Shown here one piece after another: positions 18,173 to 28,396 of a stretch of DNA of 64,000 bases. The position numbers and the translations under genes are program-made. The stretch covers positions 42,439 to 106,438 of the forward strand of contig JAHJHG010000001.1 in the NCBI GenBank assembly GCA_018823885.1, in the 5' to 3' direction. This stretch comes from Patescibacteria group bacterium. GTDB taxonomy: Bacteria; Patescibacteriota; Microgenomatia; UBA8517. Numbering within the stretch: position 1 is the stretch's first letter; every line of letters starts with the position of its first letter. The notes beneath the pieces are model-generated. The model searched no databases. It was not told where the DNA came from and saw only the letters and a program-made list of their open reading frames with translations.

Positions 18173-20197
18173 ATGGATTTAAACACACCAGCTTCCGAAT
18201 TACCATTAGTCGGCCCTGTCTATGTTTCTAGACTAAAACGACTCGATATTAATACTATTGGCGACTTACTACACCACGTTCCCTCAAGATATTTAGACTT
18301 TAGATTGACTTCCGAAATCAGGAATGTTCGACCAGGCGAAACCGTGACCTTAAGAGGGCAAATAGTATCAATGGATAATATTTACACAAAAAAAGGTACA
18401 AAAATACAAGCCGCTAAGGTAAAGGATTCGACAGGTGAAATAGAAGCTATTTGGTTTAATCAACCCTTTTTAGTAAGAAATCTTCCAGAGGGAACAATCG
18501 TATCGTTGGCAGGAAAGGTCGATTGGTTCGGAAGAAAAATAGCCCTGATATCTCCAGAGTACGAAAAGGTTCTTGGAAATAAGAAATCTCTTCATACGGG
18601 TAGGCTTGTCCCTATTTATCCGGAAACATCAGGTATTAGCTCTAAGTGGATGAGGGGGAAAATTGCCTTTGGATTTGATCAAGTTCAAAATAATATTGAG
18701 GACAACCTGCCAACATCCATATTGAAAAATTTAAATCTCGTCGATTTGTCATCTGCAATCAGCAGTGTCCATTTTCCAAAAACGCTAGAGGAAGTAGAGG
18801 AAGGGAAAAAACGTTTAGCCTTTGACGAACTTCTACGTATTCAACTCAATAGTCTTTGGAAAAAGAAAAAGTGGGAACAAAACAAAGCCAGTTTTCGATT
18901 AAGTGTAAAAATTAAAGATACTTCAAAATTTCTTAAAAAGCTTCCCTTTAAACTAACCGCTTCTCAGGATGATGCCGTAAAAGAAATCCTCGATGATTTA
19001 GGCAAAGACAATCCAATGAATAGGCTTTTGGAGGGAGATGTCGGTTCTGGAAAAACAGTGGTTGCGGCCATTGCGGCCTTTGCCTGTTTTCTGAATGAGC
19101 ACCAAACCGTCTTTATGGCGCCCACACAAATATTAGCTGAGCAACACTTCAAAACACTCAAACAAATGTTTTCACCTTTCAAAGTACGCATTAGCCTTAT
19201 AACCTCAGATGGAATAAAGAAAGACTTTGGCCGATCGGATATTTTTGTCGGCACACATGCGTTGCTTCACAAAAAACTAGATTTAGCCAATGTTGCTTTG
19301 GTTGTTATTGACGAACAACATAAATTCGGAGTCAAACAAAGGGCCCGCTTAATAAGAAAGTCAGGAAACAAGTCTACTGCGCCGCACATATTAACAATGA
19401 CGGCCACTCCTATCCCGCGCACAATTGCTTTGACTTTTTATGGCGATCTCGACCTATCAACTTTGACCGAACTTCCTAAAGGCAGAAAACCAATAAAAAC
19501 ATGGACCATCCCTCCACAGAAGCGCGAATCTGCGTATCAGTGGGTTGGAGAACAAATCAATGAAAATCAGGCACAAGTGTTCGTGATTGTTCCATTAATA
19601 GAAGAGTCTGAAAAAGAAACGATGAAGCAGATTAAAGCAGCAACGTCCGAATACAAAGCGATAAAGAAAATATTTCCAAAATTATCAATCGGGCTTCTTC
19701 ATGGAAGACTGAAAACAAAGGATAAAAACAAGGTCATTGATTTATTTAAAAAAGGCTCAACCGACATTCTAGTTTCCACACCAGTCGTTGAGGTGGGCAT
19801 TGATGTTCCAGCTGCGACAATCATGCTAATTGAGGCAGCCGAACGTTTTGGTTTAGCCCAGCTACACCAATTGCGAGGCAGAATCGGTAGGGGAGAGAAA
19901 GAATCATACTGTCTTCTTTTTGCCGAAACTAAATCTCCCAAAGTGCAAGCCAGACTGAATGCTCTTAAAATAACTATGTCCGGATTCGAATTGGCAGAAT
20001 TGGATTTGAAGTTGCGTGGCCCAGGAGAAATCTTCGGTACCAAACAACACGGATTCCCAGAACTTAAAATTGCTTCCTGGCAAGACACGGAGCTAATTAT
20101 AATTACCAAAGGTCTTGCGCAGAAGGTTTTTAAAAATCCCAAGAAATATAAAAAACTTTCGTCGCGATTTAACAAAGGAAAGATTTTAACCAATTAA
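18173..20197 (+). CDS. recG: ATP-dependent DNA helicase RecG
   Basis: GDVGSGKT, DEQH, MTATPIPRT, QLHQLRGRIGRG, DLKLRGPG. Confidence 0.97.
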   Translation: MDLNTPASELPLVGPVYVSRLKRLDINTIGDLLHHVPSRYLDFRLTSEIRNVRPGETVTLRGQIVSMDNIYTKKGTKIQAAKVKDSTGEIEAIWFNQPFLVRNLPEGTIVSLAGKVDWFGRKIALISPEYEKVLGNKKSLHTGRLVPIYPETSGISSKWMRGKIAFGFDQVQNNIEDNLPTSILKNLNLVDLSSAISSVHFPKTLEEVEEGKKRLAFDELLRIQLNSLWKKKKWEQNKASFRLSVKIKDTSKFLKKLPFKLTASQDDAVKEILDDLGKDNPMNRLLEGDVGSGKTVVAAIAAFACFLNEHQTVFMAPTQILAEQHFKTLKQMFSPFKVRISLITSDGIKKDFGRSDIFVGTHALLHKKLDLANVALVVIDEQHKFGVKQRARLIRKSGNKSTAPHILTMTATPIPRTIALTFYGDLDLSTLTELPKGRKPIKTWTIPPQKRESAYQWVGEQINENQAQVFVIVPLIEESEKETMKQIKAATSEYKAIKKIFPKLSIGLLHGRLKTKDKNKVIDLFKKGSTDILVSTPVVEVGIDVPAATIMLIEAAERFGLAQLHQLRGRIGRGEKESYCLLFAETKSPKVQARLNALKITMSGFELAELDLKLRGPGEIFGTKQHGFPELKIASWQDTELIIITKGLAQKVFKNPKKYKKLSSRFNKGKILTN

Positions 20198-20246
20198 ATT
20201 TTCTTTATTGAAACAGGCATGTGATATAGGTTAAACTACCTAAGTT

Positions 20247-20414
20247 ATGGCACCGGTACCAAAGAAAAAACATACCAGAAGCAGAAGTAGCATCAGGCGA
20301 GGGCCAAAAAAGGCAATTCTACCGAAACTTTCGCGTTGTCCTTCTTGTAACTCTTTAAAAGAGTCGCACAGGGCTTGCCCTTCTTGTGGACATCATCATA
20401 CAGATAAAGCATAA
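20247..20414 (+). CDS. rpmF: 50S ribosomal protein L32
   Basis: Hand-translated MAPVPKKKHTRSR...CPSC...HRACPSCG; 55 aa, below ORF-track cutoff. Confidence 0.92.
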   Translation: MAPVPKKKHTRSRSSIRRGPKKAILPKLSRCPSCNSLKESHRACPSCGHHHTDKA

Positions 20415-20428
20415 GTCATACCTAATCG

Positions 20429-20806
20429 ATGAAGACTGCCAAAGACCCGAGACATTTAAAGCGAATTCAAACAGTTAAAGCTCTATTTGCAGAAAGTTTT
20501 GCCCCTCAAGAAAATGTGCCAGATCTAGCTAAAAAGGTTCTTTCTCAGAAAGGTAAAACTGACAAAAAGATACAGGAAGCGGCCCCAGTTTGGCCAGTAG
20601 ACAAACTAAATAAAATAGACCTTGCCATGCTGCGGCTGGCTATCTATGAGCTTGAGAACACAAAAACGCCGCCTAAGGTTGTTATTGACGAAGCAGTTGA
20701 GATCGCCAAACAGTTTGGAAGTGAAAGCTCTCCTTCCTTTGTTAATGGTGTTCTCGGTACAATTTATAAGGACAAAGTTGAAGTAAAAACCAAAAAAGAT
20801 GACTGA
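20429..20806 (+). CDS. nusB: Transcription antitermination factor NusB
   Basis: IDLAMLRLAIYE, VVIDEAVEIAKQFG, FVNGVLG. Confidence 0.94.
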   Translation: MKTAKDPRHLKRIQTVKALFAESFAPQENVPDLAKKVLSQKGKTDKKIQEAAPVWPVDKLNKIDLAMLRLAIYELENTKTPPKVVIDEAVEIAKQFGSESSPSFVNGVLGTIYKDKVEVKTKKDD

Positions 20807-21050
20807 AAAAGCAAAAGACATTTCTCAAAAGATAAAATCTATCCTAGCCGAACATATTGGTGTTGACGAGGAAGAGTTAAGTAGTGAGGACAGATTCAAG
20901 AATGATATACACATGTCGGCGACAGATTTTGCTGATTTTGTGGAAAAACTTAACCTAGCCGGCTTTGACACCACCAGACTGGACTTAATGGAAATGGAAA
21001 GTGTCGGAGATTTAGTAGAAAACATTGTTTCTCAGGAGGAGCTAAATTGA
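20799..21050 (+). CDS. Acyl carrier protein-like protein (degenerate attachment motif)
   Basis: 83 aa, acidic; IKSILAEHIGVDEEEL...SVGDLVE; sits before rnc as acpP usually does. Confidence 0.7.
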   Translation: MTEKAKDISQKIKSILAEHIGVDEEELSSEDRFKNDIHMSATDFADFVEKLNLAGFDTTRLDLMEMESVGDLVENIVSQEELN

Positions 21051-21715
21051 CACAGGCAGAGAAATTAACAAAAGTATTTAAAGATCAGGAACTTCTAGAA
21101 CAGGCTTTCACGCACAAATCTTGGGTTAATGAAAATAAAAACAAACGAAAAAGTAATGAAAGGCTTGAATTTTTAGGAGACGCTATTTTAGAATTCATCG
21201 TTTCCAGAGAAATTTACCTCACGTTTCCAAACAAAGAAGAAGGGTATTTGACCACTCTTAGGTCTAATCTCGTAAATACAAAAAATCTTGCTCATGTTGC
21301 TGAAAAATTAGGCATCGGAGAAAAAATATATCTTTCTCGCGGGGAAGAAGATGGTGGAGGTAGAAAGAACAGTTCTCTCCTTGCTGATACATTAGAAGCT
21401 GTTATTGGCGCACTTTTTCTTGATCAAGGTATGGACACTGTATATGAATTCATAAAAGAACATCTTCTGTCTGAGGTTCCTGAAAAAATATCCAAACCTT
21501 TAAAAGATGCCAAAAGTAGACTACAGGAGTACGTTCAATCCCAGGGACATCCTGCCCCAATATATAAAGTAATTAAAGCGTCAGGCCCTGATCATAATAA
21601 AAATTTTATTGTCGAGGTACTGGTTGCTGGGAAGCGTAAAGGTCAAGGCACTGGTAAAAATAAAAGTAGCGCGGCTCAGGCAGCGGCTGAAAATGTATTA
21701 AATAACGCATCATAA
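21047..21715 (+). CDS. rnc: Ribonuclease III
   Basis: NERLEFLGDA, ADTLEAVIGA, dsRBD KSRLQEY. Confidence 0.97.
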   Translation: MTQAEKLTKVFKDQELLEQAFTHKSWVNENKNKRKSNERLEFLGDAILEFIVSREIYLTFPNKEEGYLTTLRSNLVNTKNLAHVAEKLGIGEKIYLSRGEEDGGGRKNSSLLADTLEAVIGALFLDQGMDTVYEFIKEHLLSEVPEKISKPLKDAKSRLQEYVQSQGHPAPIYKVIKASGPDHNKNFIVEVLVAGKRKGQGTGKNKSSAAQAAAENVLNNAS

Positions 21716-21774
21716 GAATGCTTTATTGCTTATAGCCTTGTAAATTAGCCTGAAAGTAAGTAAAATCGAACACT

Positions 21775-21999
21775 ATGGTAAAGATCAGACTAGCTAGAGG
21801 TGGAGCCAAAAACAATCCTTTTTATAGGATTGTGGCAATAGACACAAAACGAAAAAGAGGCGGTAAGCCTCTCGATATCATTGGTTTTTGGCATCCCGCT
21901 AAAGATGTTAAAAAAATTGATACAAAAAAGATAGATGATTGGGTTAAAAAGGGAGCACAAATATCACAAGCAGTTGAGAAGCTACTTAAGGAAAAATAA
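21775..21999 (+). CDS. rpsP: 30S ribosomal protein S16
   Basis: MVKIRLARGGAKNNPFYRIV. Confidence 0.96.
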   Translation: MVKIRLARGGAKNNPFYRIVAIDTKRKRGGKPLDIIGFWHPAKDVKKIDTKKIDDWVKKGAQISQAVEKLLKEK

Positions 22000-22000
22000 T

Positions 22001-22234
22001 ATGCGCGACTTACTAGATTTTTTAATCGGCGGTATTGTTGGAAACAAAGACTTTGAAATCGAGGAAAGCCAAGAAGCTGATCGTAGTGATTTTGAAGTCA
22101 AAATAGACCCTTCATTTTTTGGTTTAGTTATCGGAAAAGGCGGGAAAACAATAAAAGCCATCAGAAACCTACTTAAGGTCCGTGCCACTATCGAAAAAAA
22201 AGGTGTAAATATTTCTGTTACAGAAAAAGAATAA
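22001..22234 (+). CDS. khpA: KH-domain RNA-binding protein KhpA
   Basis: GLVIGKGGKTIKAIRNLL; follows rpsP. Confidence 0.88.
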   Translation: MRDLLDFLIGGIVGNKDFEIEESQEADRSDFEVKIDPSFFGLVIGKGGKTIKAIRNLLKVRATIEKKGVNISVTEKE

Positions 22235-22248
22235 CTTCTCAGCTTTTT

Positions 22249-22947
22249 CTAATACGCAAACGGGTCAATTCTTGCTGATGGGGCAGCCGGTAATATCTGG
22301 GTAAAGAGCGGCTGTTCAAGACCTGAAAGTTCCGTAATTAAACCTGTTTCACCCGCTGATAATTCTTGTACTGGTTCGGAAATCGCTGGAAGTTTTGTCG
22401 GCAGCGGTGCCCAAAAAACAGCTAAATCGACACTAGCCCTTATCACTCCTCCTGCCTGCGCAATTTCTACTCGGTCAATAACAGAAAGAGGTGCAAAGCT
22501 TTCAGTTGAGATAAGATAATTTAGAACTTGAGACAACGTACCTTCCACTTCAAATGAAATCGTTGTTTTAGAAGGGCCAGATTTGCCTTTTGTTTCCCCC
22601 CCAATTTCAATGCTGCCTATATTTAATGCACTTTTTTCAGCTAAATTTTTCAGCTGTGAAAGTGCTACTAATGACGGATTCTTGTCCGGCATCGCTATAA
22701 TCGCTGTGTCCGCATATGACAAAATATTGCTTTCAATAGTTTGTAAAACTTGCTGCTTTTGACTAAGGATTGTTTCGTTTTTGGTTGCTTTTTGAAACTC
22801 AACCCTTTGAGTACTAATTCTACCTATGCCAACTTTAAATATTACTATTACCAATATGACCATTGCCGAAAGTAAGCCCAATGGCAACAACATCACTTTC
22901 ATTTTTTGCGGAATAAAAGCTGTGTCTTTTGAACTTATAATTGCCAT
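22249..22947 (-). CDS. Type IV pilus assembly protein PilO-like
   Basis: TM, coiled coil and ferredoxin-like domain; position after pilM-pilN; ends in the R.DPF motif. Confidence 0.7.
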   Translation of the reverse strand: MAIISSKDTAFIPQKMKVMLLPLGLLSAMVILVIVIFKVGIGRISTQRVEFQKATKNETILSQKQQVLQTIESNILSYADTAIIAMPDKNPSLVALSQLKNLAEKSALNIGSIEIGGETKGKSGPSKTTISFEVEGTLSQVLNYLISTESFAPLSVIDRVEIAQAGGVIRASVDLAVFWAPLPTKLPAISEPVQELSAGETGLITELSGLEQPLFTQILPAAPSARIDPFAY

Positions 22948-22958
22948 TTCAATAATTT

Positions 22959-23486
22959 TTACTTTGAAAGACTAACACTCACTATATAACCTGCATTTAT
23001 GTTAAATGCAAACGACGTAAGTTTAATGTTTTCATAATAGTCAGTTGCCAGTAATGAGGCCAACGTTTTTGTAAGACCAGATGAGCTTTTTGCCACAATC
23101 GATATTTCTGTCTTGGCTGCTGCAACCTGCGCCTCTCTTATCTCAACCTCTTCAGGGAGGGTAGAAAAGAGTAAATCTAAATCCTCTATTGCACCCACAG
23201 CCGTTTCCTTCCCTAAGACTTCACTTGCATATTTTAATCTGTCTTTTGTTAATACAAGCCTTTGCTCGGTTTGTTCAAGAGATTTTATACCAGCTTTTAG
23301 CTGATCTTGTTGAATATTTGAATTTCTTATTTGAAAAGAAGTAATGACTAAAAATGCAATTATTCCAACGGCAGAAACTATCACCAAGACCAGTCCTACA
23401 ATACTTGCATTTTTAATAATTTGCGATGCTTTCGCTATTGAGCTTTTAGGCGAAAGGTCCGTTGGTAGAAGATTTATGGCAGGCAT
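22959..23486 (-). CDS. pilN: Type IV pilus assembly protein PilN-like
   Basis: N-terminal INLLP motif followed by TM. Confidence 0.8.
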   Translation of the reverse strand: MPAINLLPTDLSPKSSIAKASQIIKNASIVGLVLVIVSAVGIIAFLVITSFQIRNSNIQQDQLKAGIKSLEQTEQRLVLTKDRLKYASEVLGKETAVGAIEDLDLLFSTLPEEVEIREAQVAAAKTEISIVAKSSSGLTKTLASLLATDYYENIKLTSFAFNINAGYIVSVSLSK

Positions 23487-23489
23487 ATT

Positions 23490-24506
23490 TTATTCTCCTC
23501 CTAGTGCTAATCCTAAAGCAATCGAGTACAAGGGAGCATATGGGGCTATTTTTTTGGCCGTTTCAGGATCAAGTAATATTTTAGCAAAGGGATTCCCAAC
23601 AACAACCTCCAAGTTTAAACTTTTTGAGAGGGTAGAAATGGCTTCCGGTAAACCAGCCGTACCCCCAGAAAGAACTACTGTTTGTGGAGAATCACCTTTT
23701 TCCTCAGTTTGGTAAAATTGAATCGCCTTCTTAATTTCCTCCGCCACTAACCTAAAAACAGGGCCTAGCGCCCCACTTATTTTACCCTCAAGTTGATTTC
23801 CGGAAAGACCATACGTTTTTTTATATTCTTCTGCTTGCTTGGGGTCAACTCCGAGAGATTGTGCAACAGCGCGAGTAAATGCTTCACCGGCCGTCGGTAT
23901 TGAACGAGAAAAAGAAAGCAATCCGTTTTTTGCTATCGCAATATCCGTTGATCTTGCCCCAAAATCAACCAAAAGAACAGTTTGATCGACGGGTGCCAAC
24001 GCTCTCACCAAAGACACAAGTTCCGTTTCGACGGCGGATACGGTTAATCCAGCCATTTGGGCAACTTTCACATATTTTTCTACAAGTATTCTTGGGGCTG
24101 CAACAAGTAAAGCTAAAACTTCCGGAGGAGAAGTATTTTCTCTTCTCTCCAACACTTGATGTTGAATTATTGCCTCGTTAATTGGAATAGGAATATATTG
24201 TTCTGCCTCCCATTTTACGGCTGAGGCCACCTCCTGATCAGTTAAGAGTGGGAACTTTATAGTTCGAGTAAAAACTTGAGGTTCGGGTAAAGCAATTGAT
24301 ATGTCTTTTGATGAAACATTTGATTCTTTGTGTAATTTTCGTATTAACCCCGAAAGAGCCGTTAATTCTTTTTCGTCCTGCATGTGTTCTATCGGGTTTC
24401 CTGAATATCCAACAACACCTGAGCTTCTAAGCTTCCACTTTCCACCATCCTTGGCCAATTCCACCATCTTTATTGTCTTTGAACCAATGTCGAGTCCTAC
24501 GCTCAT
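23490..24506 (-). CDS. pilM: Type IV pilus assembly protein PilM
   Basis: GLDIGSKTIK, VDFGARST, LSGGTA actin-like motifs. Confidence 0.93.
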   Translation of the reverse strand: MSVGLDIGSKTIKMVELAKDGGKWKLRSSGVVGYSGNPIEHMQDEKELTALSGLIRKLHKESNVSSKDISIALPEPQVFTRTIKFPLLTDQEVASAVKWEAEQYIPIPINEAIIQHQVLERRENTSPPEVLALLVAAPRILVEKYVKVAQMAGLTVSAVETELVSLVRALAPVDQTVLLVDFGARSTDIAIAKNGLLSFSRSIPTAGEAFTRAVAQSLGVDPKQAEEYKKTYGLSGNQLEGKISGALGPVFRLVAEEIKKAIQFYQTEEKGDSPQTVVLSGGTAGLPEAISTLSKSLNLEVVVGNPFAKILLDPETAKKIAPYAPLYSIALGLALGGE

Positions 24507-25417
24507 TTAACAATTCCTCCTGGGCTAAACAACACAGCATCAAAGATTGGGGGGAGCTCGCCGAAGGTTTGAAAAACTTCGATTCTTCGGTTGGCTTCAC
24601 CGGAAGAGCCCGCCGATTCGATTCTTACTCCTTGTGATGGCAAATTATTGCCAGAAGCTGATACATCCACGCCTAATGTGTGAGCCAGGTCTGTATTATA
24701 AAGAATACGAATTTTGGCAAATTGCAATCCATTTTGGCTGCCATATGCTGAGATCGGAATACCTAAGTCAGTACCAAAATCAATAATTTTTCGAAAAGCA
24801 AATTCTTTGCCATCAATTACACAATCTGTGCCGAATCCATCAGCTTGAAATTTGTTTGTTTCCCTTCGGGCTGAATTAGGGTCTCGTGCATCACGAGCAA
24901 TCATAAGAGTAGAGTAGTCTCCTGGAGTTTCGGCATAGAAAATACTTGTTTCTATTGCCGGCGTCGTATTGGAATCAGGAGCTGTTCCTGGCTCTCCCCA
25001 ACAAACCTTCATAATACTCCCTGTAAAACATTCACCCGTGTCGCAGGTTAAAGTTCCATCATCTTCATCATGATCTATGAACCAAACTACAGCCGTCTCC
25101 CCAGATAATAATTTTTCGGGATACACATACTCTAATTGACCTTCCCCAAAATTGCTAACCGTGGCGTTGAAACTGGCACCATCTCCAAACTCTCCTGCAT
25201 TGTTGCCAATTATTAAAGCCTTTTCTACCCCTGCCTCTGCGGCAGCAAAAGCCCTTAATGCTTCTTCTTCTTTGGTGGTTACCGTAATATCCGTTATCGT
25301 GCGAGAAAGCACAGAAAGAACTATTGTTAAAACCACAGCCATTGAAAGAAGCACAAGAAGTAAAGCTTGACCACTTTGGTATCTCTTAATCTTTGCTTTA
25401 ATAGGCAGAAAATCCAT
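24503..25417 (-). CDS. PilX/GspK-like minor pilin
   Basis: SGQALLLVLL...AFAAAEAGVEKA. Confidence 0.8.
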   Translation of the reverse strand: MDFLPIKAKIKRYQSGQALLLVLLSMAVVLTIVLSVLSRTITDITVTTKEEEALRAFAAAEAGVEKALIIGNNAGEFGDGASFNATVSNFGEGQLEYVYPEKLLSGETAVVWFIDHDEDDGTLTCDTGECFTGSIMKVCWGEPGTAPDSNTTPAIETSIFYAETPGDYSTLMIARDARDPNSARRETNKFQADGFGTDCVIDGKEFAFRKIIDFGTDLGIPISAYGSQNGLQFAKIRILYNTDLAHTLGVDVSASGNNLPSQGVRIESAGSSGEANRRIEVFQTFGELPPIFDAVLFSPGGIVK

Positions 25418-25462
25418 ACAAATTCAGTCTAACAAGATGTGTAAATTAAATCAATTAAACAA

Positions 25463-25972
25463 CTAATAAGTACGTAAAAATATTTTAGTTGAAATCGTAA
25501 CTTCTCCACCTTCCATGGCACTCAAATTGGCATCGTGTGCGCTAATGGAAATAATTACCGCCGGATTTGTTTCACCGACTGCATCCTCACACACAAAACT
25601 GCAGCCTGCAACATCCACTTCGCTGTTGGTTAGTCTTCCTGAAGCCGAGGCAATATACCCGCCATCTTCATCAGTACCGCAAGAAAATGAAGTCGCAACA
25701 CCATTTTCATCTAGGTAAGAAATAATGTCTGTCTCCGTGTCGGAACAATCTATTATTGATTCGGCGTTGCGAATATTTCTTTCGATTATGGCCAGAGAGT
25801 AATCAACGTTTCCGCGAACTTTTGTTAATGATTCACTCTTTTTAGATCCTCTTAGTGTTAAAAGTACTGCTTGTGTTGTCAATATGGCTAAAATCGAAAA
25901 AACAGTAATCACCACCAATATTTCAAGAAGGCTAAACCCTTGAGCCCCTTTAACTGTTATCTTTTTGTTCAT
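25463..25972 (-). CDS. Prepilin-type minor pilin (PilW-like)
   Basis: G|FSLLEILVVI. Confidence 0.85.
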   Translation of the reverse strand: MNKKITVKGAQGFSLLEILVVITVFSILAILTTQAVLLTLRGSKKSESLTKVRGNVDYSLAIIERNIRNAESIIDCSDTETDIISYLDENGVATSFSCGTDEDGGYIASASGRLTNSEVDVAGCSFVCEDAVGETNPAVIISISAHDANLSAMEGGEVTISTKIFLRTY

Positions 25973-25975
25973 TTT

Positions 25976-26428
25976 CTAAAATACATTTCTCCAATCCGTC
26001 AAAATTGTGTTATTCCGCACTTCATGGATACCCTGCGTATCTGTCCAATACGTTGTTATTTCAACTGTTACGCTATCCACCTCAATGTCGGAAAAGGATA
26101 TTTCTCTTTTAAATAGGTTTTCAATATATTCCGTTTCGTCACAGGTACCGCAATCCCCCCAGACAAGAGCATCTAAACATTGAGTATGAGGCGGAGTCGG
26201 ACAGATAATAAAATTGGTACTAAAAACGTCCCAGCCCTCGTCTCTTTGCCCCCTTACCCATTCAGAAGCTTCTTGGGTGTAGCGAGTAGCGTATGTTTTA
26301 TTTCTTGAATAACCCGAATTTCTAATTGAACTTGTAACTAAAGCAACTAGGGCGACCATTATTAATGTTGCCAAGCCTAGAGCCAAAACAACTTCAAATA
26401 GGGATTGTCCGCTATTATTTTTTTTCAT
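25976..26428 (-). CDS. Prepilin-type minor pilin (PilV-like)
   Basis: G|QSLFEVVLAL. Confidence 0.8.
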   Translation of the reverse strand: MKKNNSGQSLFEVVLALGLATLIMVALVALVTSSIRNSGYSRNKTYATRYTQEASEWVRGQRDEGWDVFSTNFIICPTPPHTQCLDALVWGDCGTCDETEYIENLFKREISFSDIEVDSVTVEITTYWTDTQGIHEVRNNTILTDWRNVF

Positions 26429-26937
26429 TTTATTTCACCCTCGGGACTAACCGTAATGACTTGGGTATTTCCTGTTGCTGTTTGAGTCAGCGTAAGAATA
26501 GCCGGGTCAGCAAGACTTGTTCCTTTACCTATAACTTTGAATGTGAAACGATTAGGGACTGCCGTCAAAGATATCTCTGAAGTCATCTCTACAGCTTTGT
26601 CTTCAACCAATCCGCCAATACAATTTGCCTGAATGATATATGAAGTGGCTGAGTCCACAAAAAAATCATAGCCATTTAATGATCCCTCTCCGCTACAGGC
26701 TACGGACGCAGGCTTTTTCCCTGACAATGCCTGCTCTTGAGCCAAGCTTAAATCTGCTTTCAAACGCCTGGCGCTACCAACAAGTGCCTGTCTTCTAGCA
26801 AAATCCCTGTAACTTATATAGCCAAAGCTGAAAATAAGACCGATTATCGACATGCCCACCAATATTTCAATTAAGGTATAACCTGATAAATTAATCTTTC
26901 TTTGACGGACAAGTACTGGGGGAGCAGGTTTCAGCAT
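26425..26937 (-). CDS. Prepilin-type minor pilin (FimT/GspH-like)
   Basis: G|YTLIEILVGM. Confidence 0.8.
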   Translation of the reverse strand: MLKPAPPVLVRQRKINLSGYTLIEILVGMSIIGLIFSFGYISYRDFARRQALVGSARRLKADLSLAQEQALSGKKPASVACSGEGSLNGYDFFVDSATSYIIQANCIGGLVEDKAVEMTSEISLTAVPNRFTFKVIGKGTSLADPAILTLTQTATGNTQVITVSPEGEIK

Positions 26938-27001
26938 GCTTTGTTATCACTATACACTATCAATTTAGCACTAATCATCTATTTTCAAGAAATGTATTGT
27001 C

Positions 27002-27430
27002 TTAGGGGTTTACAACCTGATAGGTGCAAGTTTCTCCACAACTTCCACTACAAGTATCAGTGCCATCATCTTCTAGAGCCGCACAAAGTTCATACGTAAG
27101 TCCATCCGACGAATAGTAGTAAGTCCTTAGCGGCAGTGGATCTGTCGGCACTTCTGCAATGTAAGTTGTTGAAGTTAGGCAAGTATTACCTGATGTTTGT
27201 GACCCTTCGAGTGAAGAACCAAGTGCGACAGGATAACTACCGCAATCTGCTTTATATATTTCTATTCCAGAACGTATTAGTTCTAGGTCTGCTTTTCTAT
27301 TACTGTTTCTTGAAGATTCTCGGGCAGACTGTAAACCAAAAATCGATAATCCGACCAAGATCCCGATAATAGAAATCACTACAAGCAACTCAATTAAAGT
27401 AAACCCTTTTATTCTATTTTTAATCTTCAT
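27002..27430 (-). CDS. GspG-like pilin
   Basis: G|FTLIELLVVI, R..RKADL, P.DP; ATG 27430 overlaps the upstream stop. Confidence 0.85.
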   Translation of the reverse strand: MKIKNRIKGFTLIELLVVISIIGILVGLSIFGLQSARESSRNSNRKADLELIRSGIEIYKADCGSYPVALGSSLEGSQTSGNTCLTSTTYIAEVPTDPLPLRTYYYSSDGLTYELCAALEDDGTDTCSGSCGETCTYQVVNP

Positions 27431-27894
27431 GGCTGAACTGTATACTCCCAACCCGTTGTACAATCTACAGATACCTGTCCTTTTTCATCACTTGCGTTCT
27501 CAAGACAAGCTGTCAAAGTATAATTATCGGCATCTATTTGTTGATAGCTATACGAAACATCGGGGAGGGGATCGTCAGGAAGAGTTGACATATATGTTTG
27601 AATACCCGATTCAAAGGGGTCATCACCCCAAATACAAATACTTTCTCCGAGTGCCCCGCAACCGGCGATATTTGATGCCATGTTGGCAGGATATTTGTCG
27701 TAATCATTGTAGTAAAGCCTAAGGGCTGTTTGAATATTTCTTAAATCACTTTTCCTTTGGGCATCTCTCCCTCGCTGCCTTGCTGCATTTAGGTTGGCAA
27801 GTACCAGTGTCGCCAAAACTCCGATTAGTGAAACAACGACAAGTAATTCAATTAAAGTAAAACCTGTTTGTTTTTTCTTCGTATAATATTTCAT
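27427..27894 (-). CDS. GspG-like pilin
   Basis: G|FTLIELLVVV, RDAQRKSDL, LPDDP. Confidence 0.87.
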   Translation of the reverse strand: MKYYTKKKQTGFTLIELLVVVSLIGVLATLVLANLNAARQRGRDAQRKSDLRNIQTALRLYYNDYDKYPANMASNIAGCGALGESICIWGDDPFESGIQTYMSTLPDDPLPDVSYSYQQIDADNYTLTACLENASDEKGQVSVDCTTGWEYTVQP

Positions 27895-27900
27895 TTAATC

Positions 27901-28374
27901 TTAAAGTGGGCAAGTCCCTCCCACAGGGAACCCTCCGGATAAATCGTTCGTACCTGCCATCCCATTAGAGCAAACTATCCAATACTCGCTTGTATTCTCC
28001 AATTCTGCCCATAAAACATATTGTGTTGCAGATACTGTTCCGTCGCCTGGACCATCGGCAGAAAATTGATATGAACTTTGACCTTCATCTATTCTAGGAT
28101 CGTCGGGACAATTTGTACCCAATCCTAAGGGGGTACAAAGAATTGTTGCGTTAACCGAAGCAGCTGAACCATATGAAAGATAAATACCGTCGTATTTGTT
28201 GGCAAATATCTCCAATGAATTTTGATATTGTCTCGTATCAGATTTTCTTTGTGTATCCCTAGCTTGTTTTTGAGTACCAGTATAGGAAACTAGAGCTAAT
28301 GCCGCTAGAAGCCCTAACAAGGAAATTACAACTAAAAGCTCTATCAAAGTGAAGCCTTTTCTTGTTTTATTCAT
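27901..28374 (-). CDS. GspG-like pilin
   Basis: G|FTLIELLVVI, RDTQRKSD, PDDP. Confidence 0.87.
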   Translation of the reverse strand: MNKTRKGFTLIELLVVISLLGLLAALALVSYTGTQKQARDTQRKSDTRQYQNSLEIFANKYDGIYLSYGSAASVNATILCTPLGLGTNCPDDPRIDEGQSSYQFSADGPGDGTVSATQYVLWAELENTSEYWIVCSNGMAGTNDLSGGFPVGGTCPL

Positions 28375-28396
28375 CTACTTTAAATATAGCACTAAA

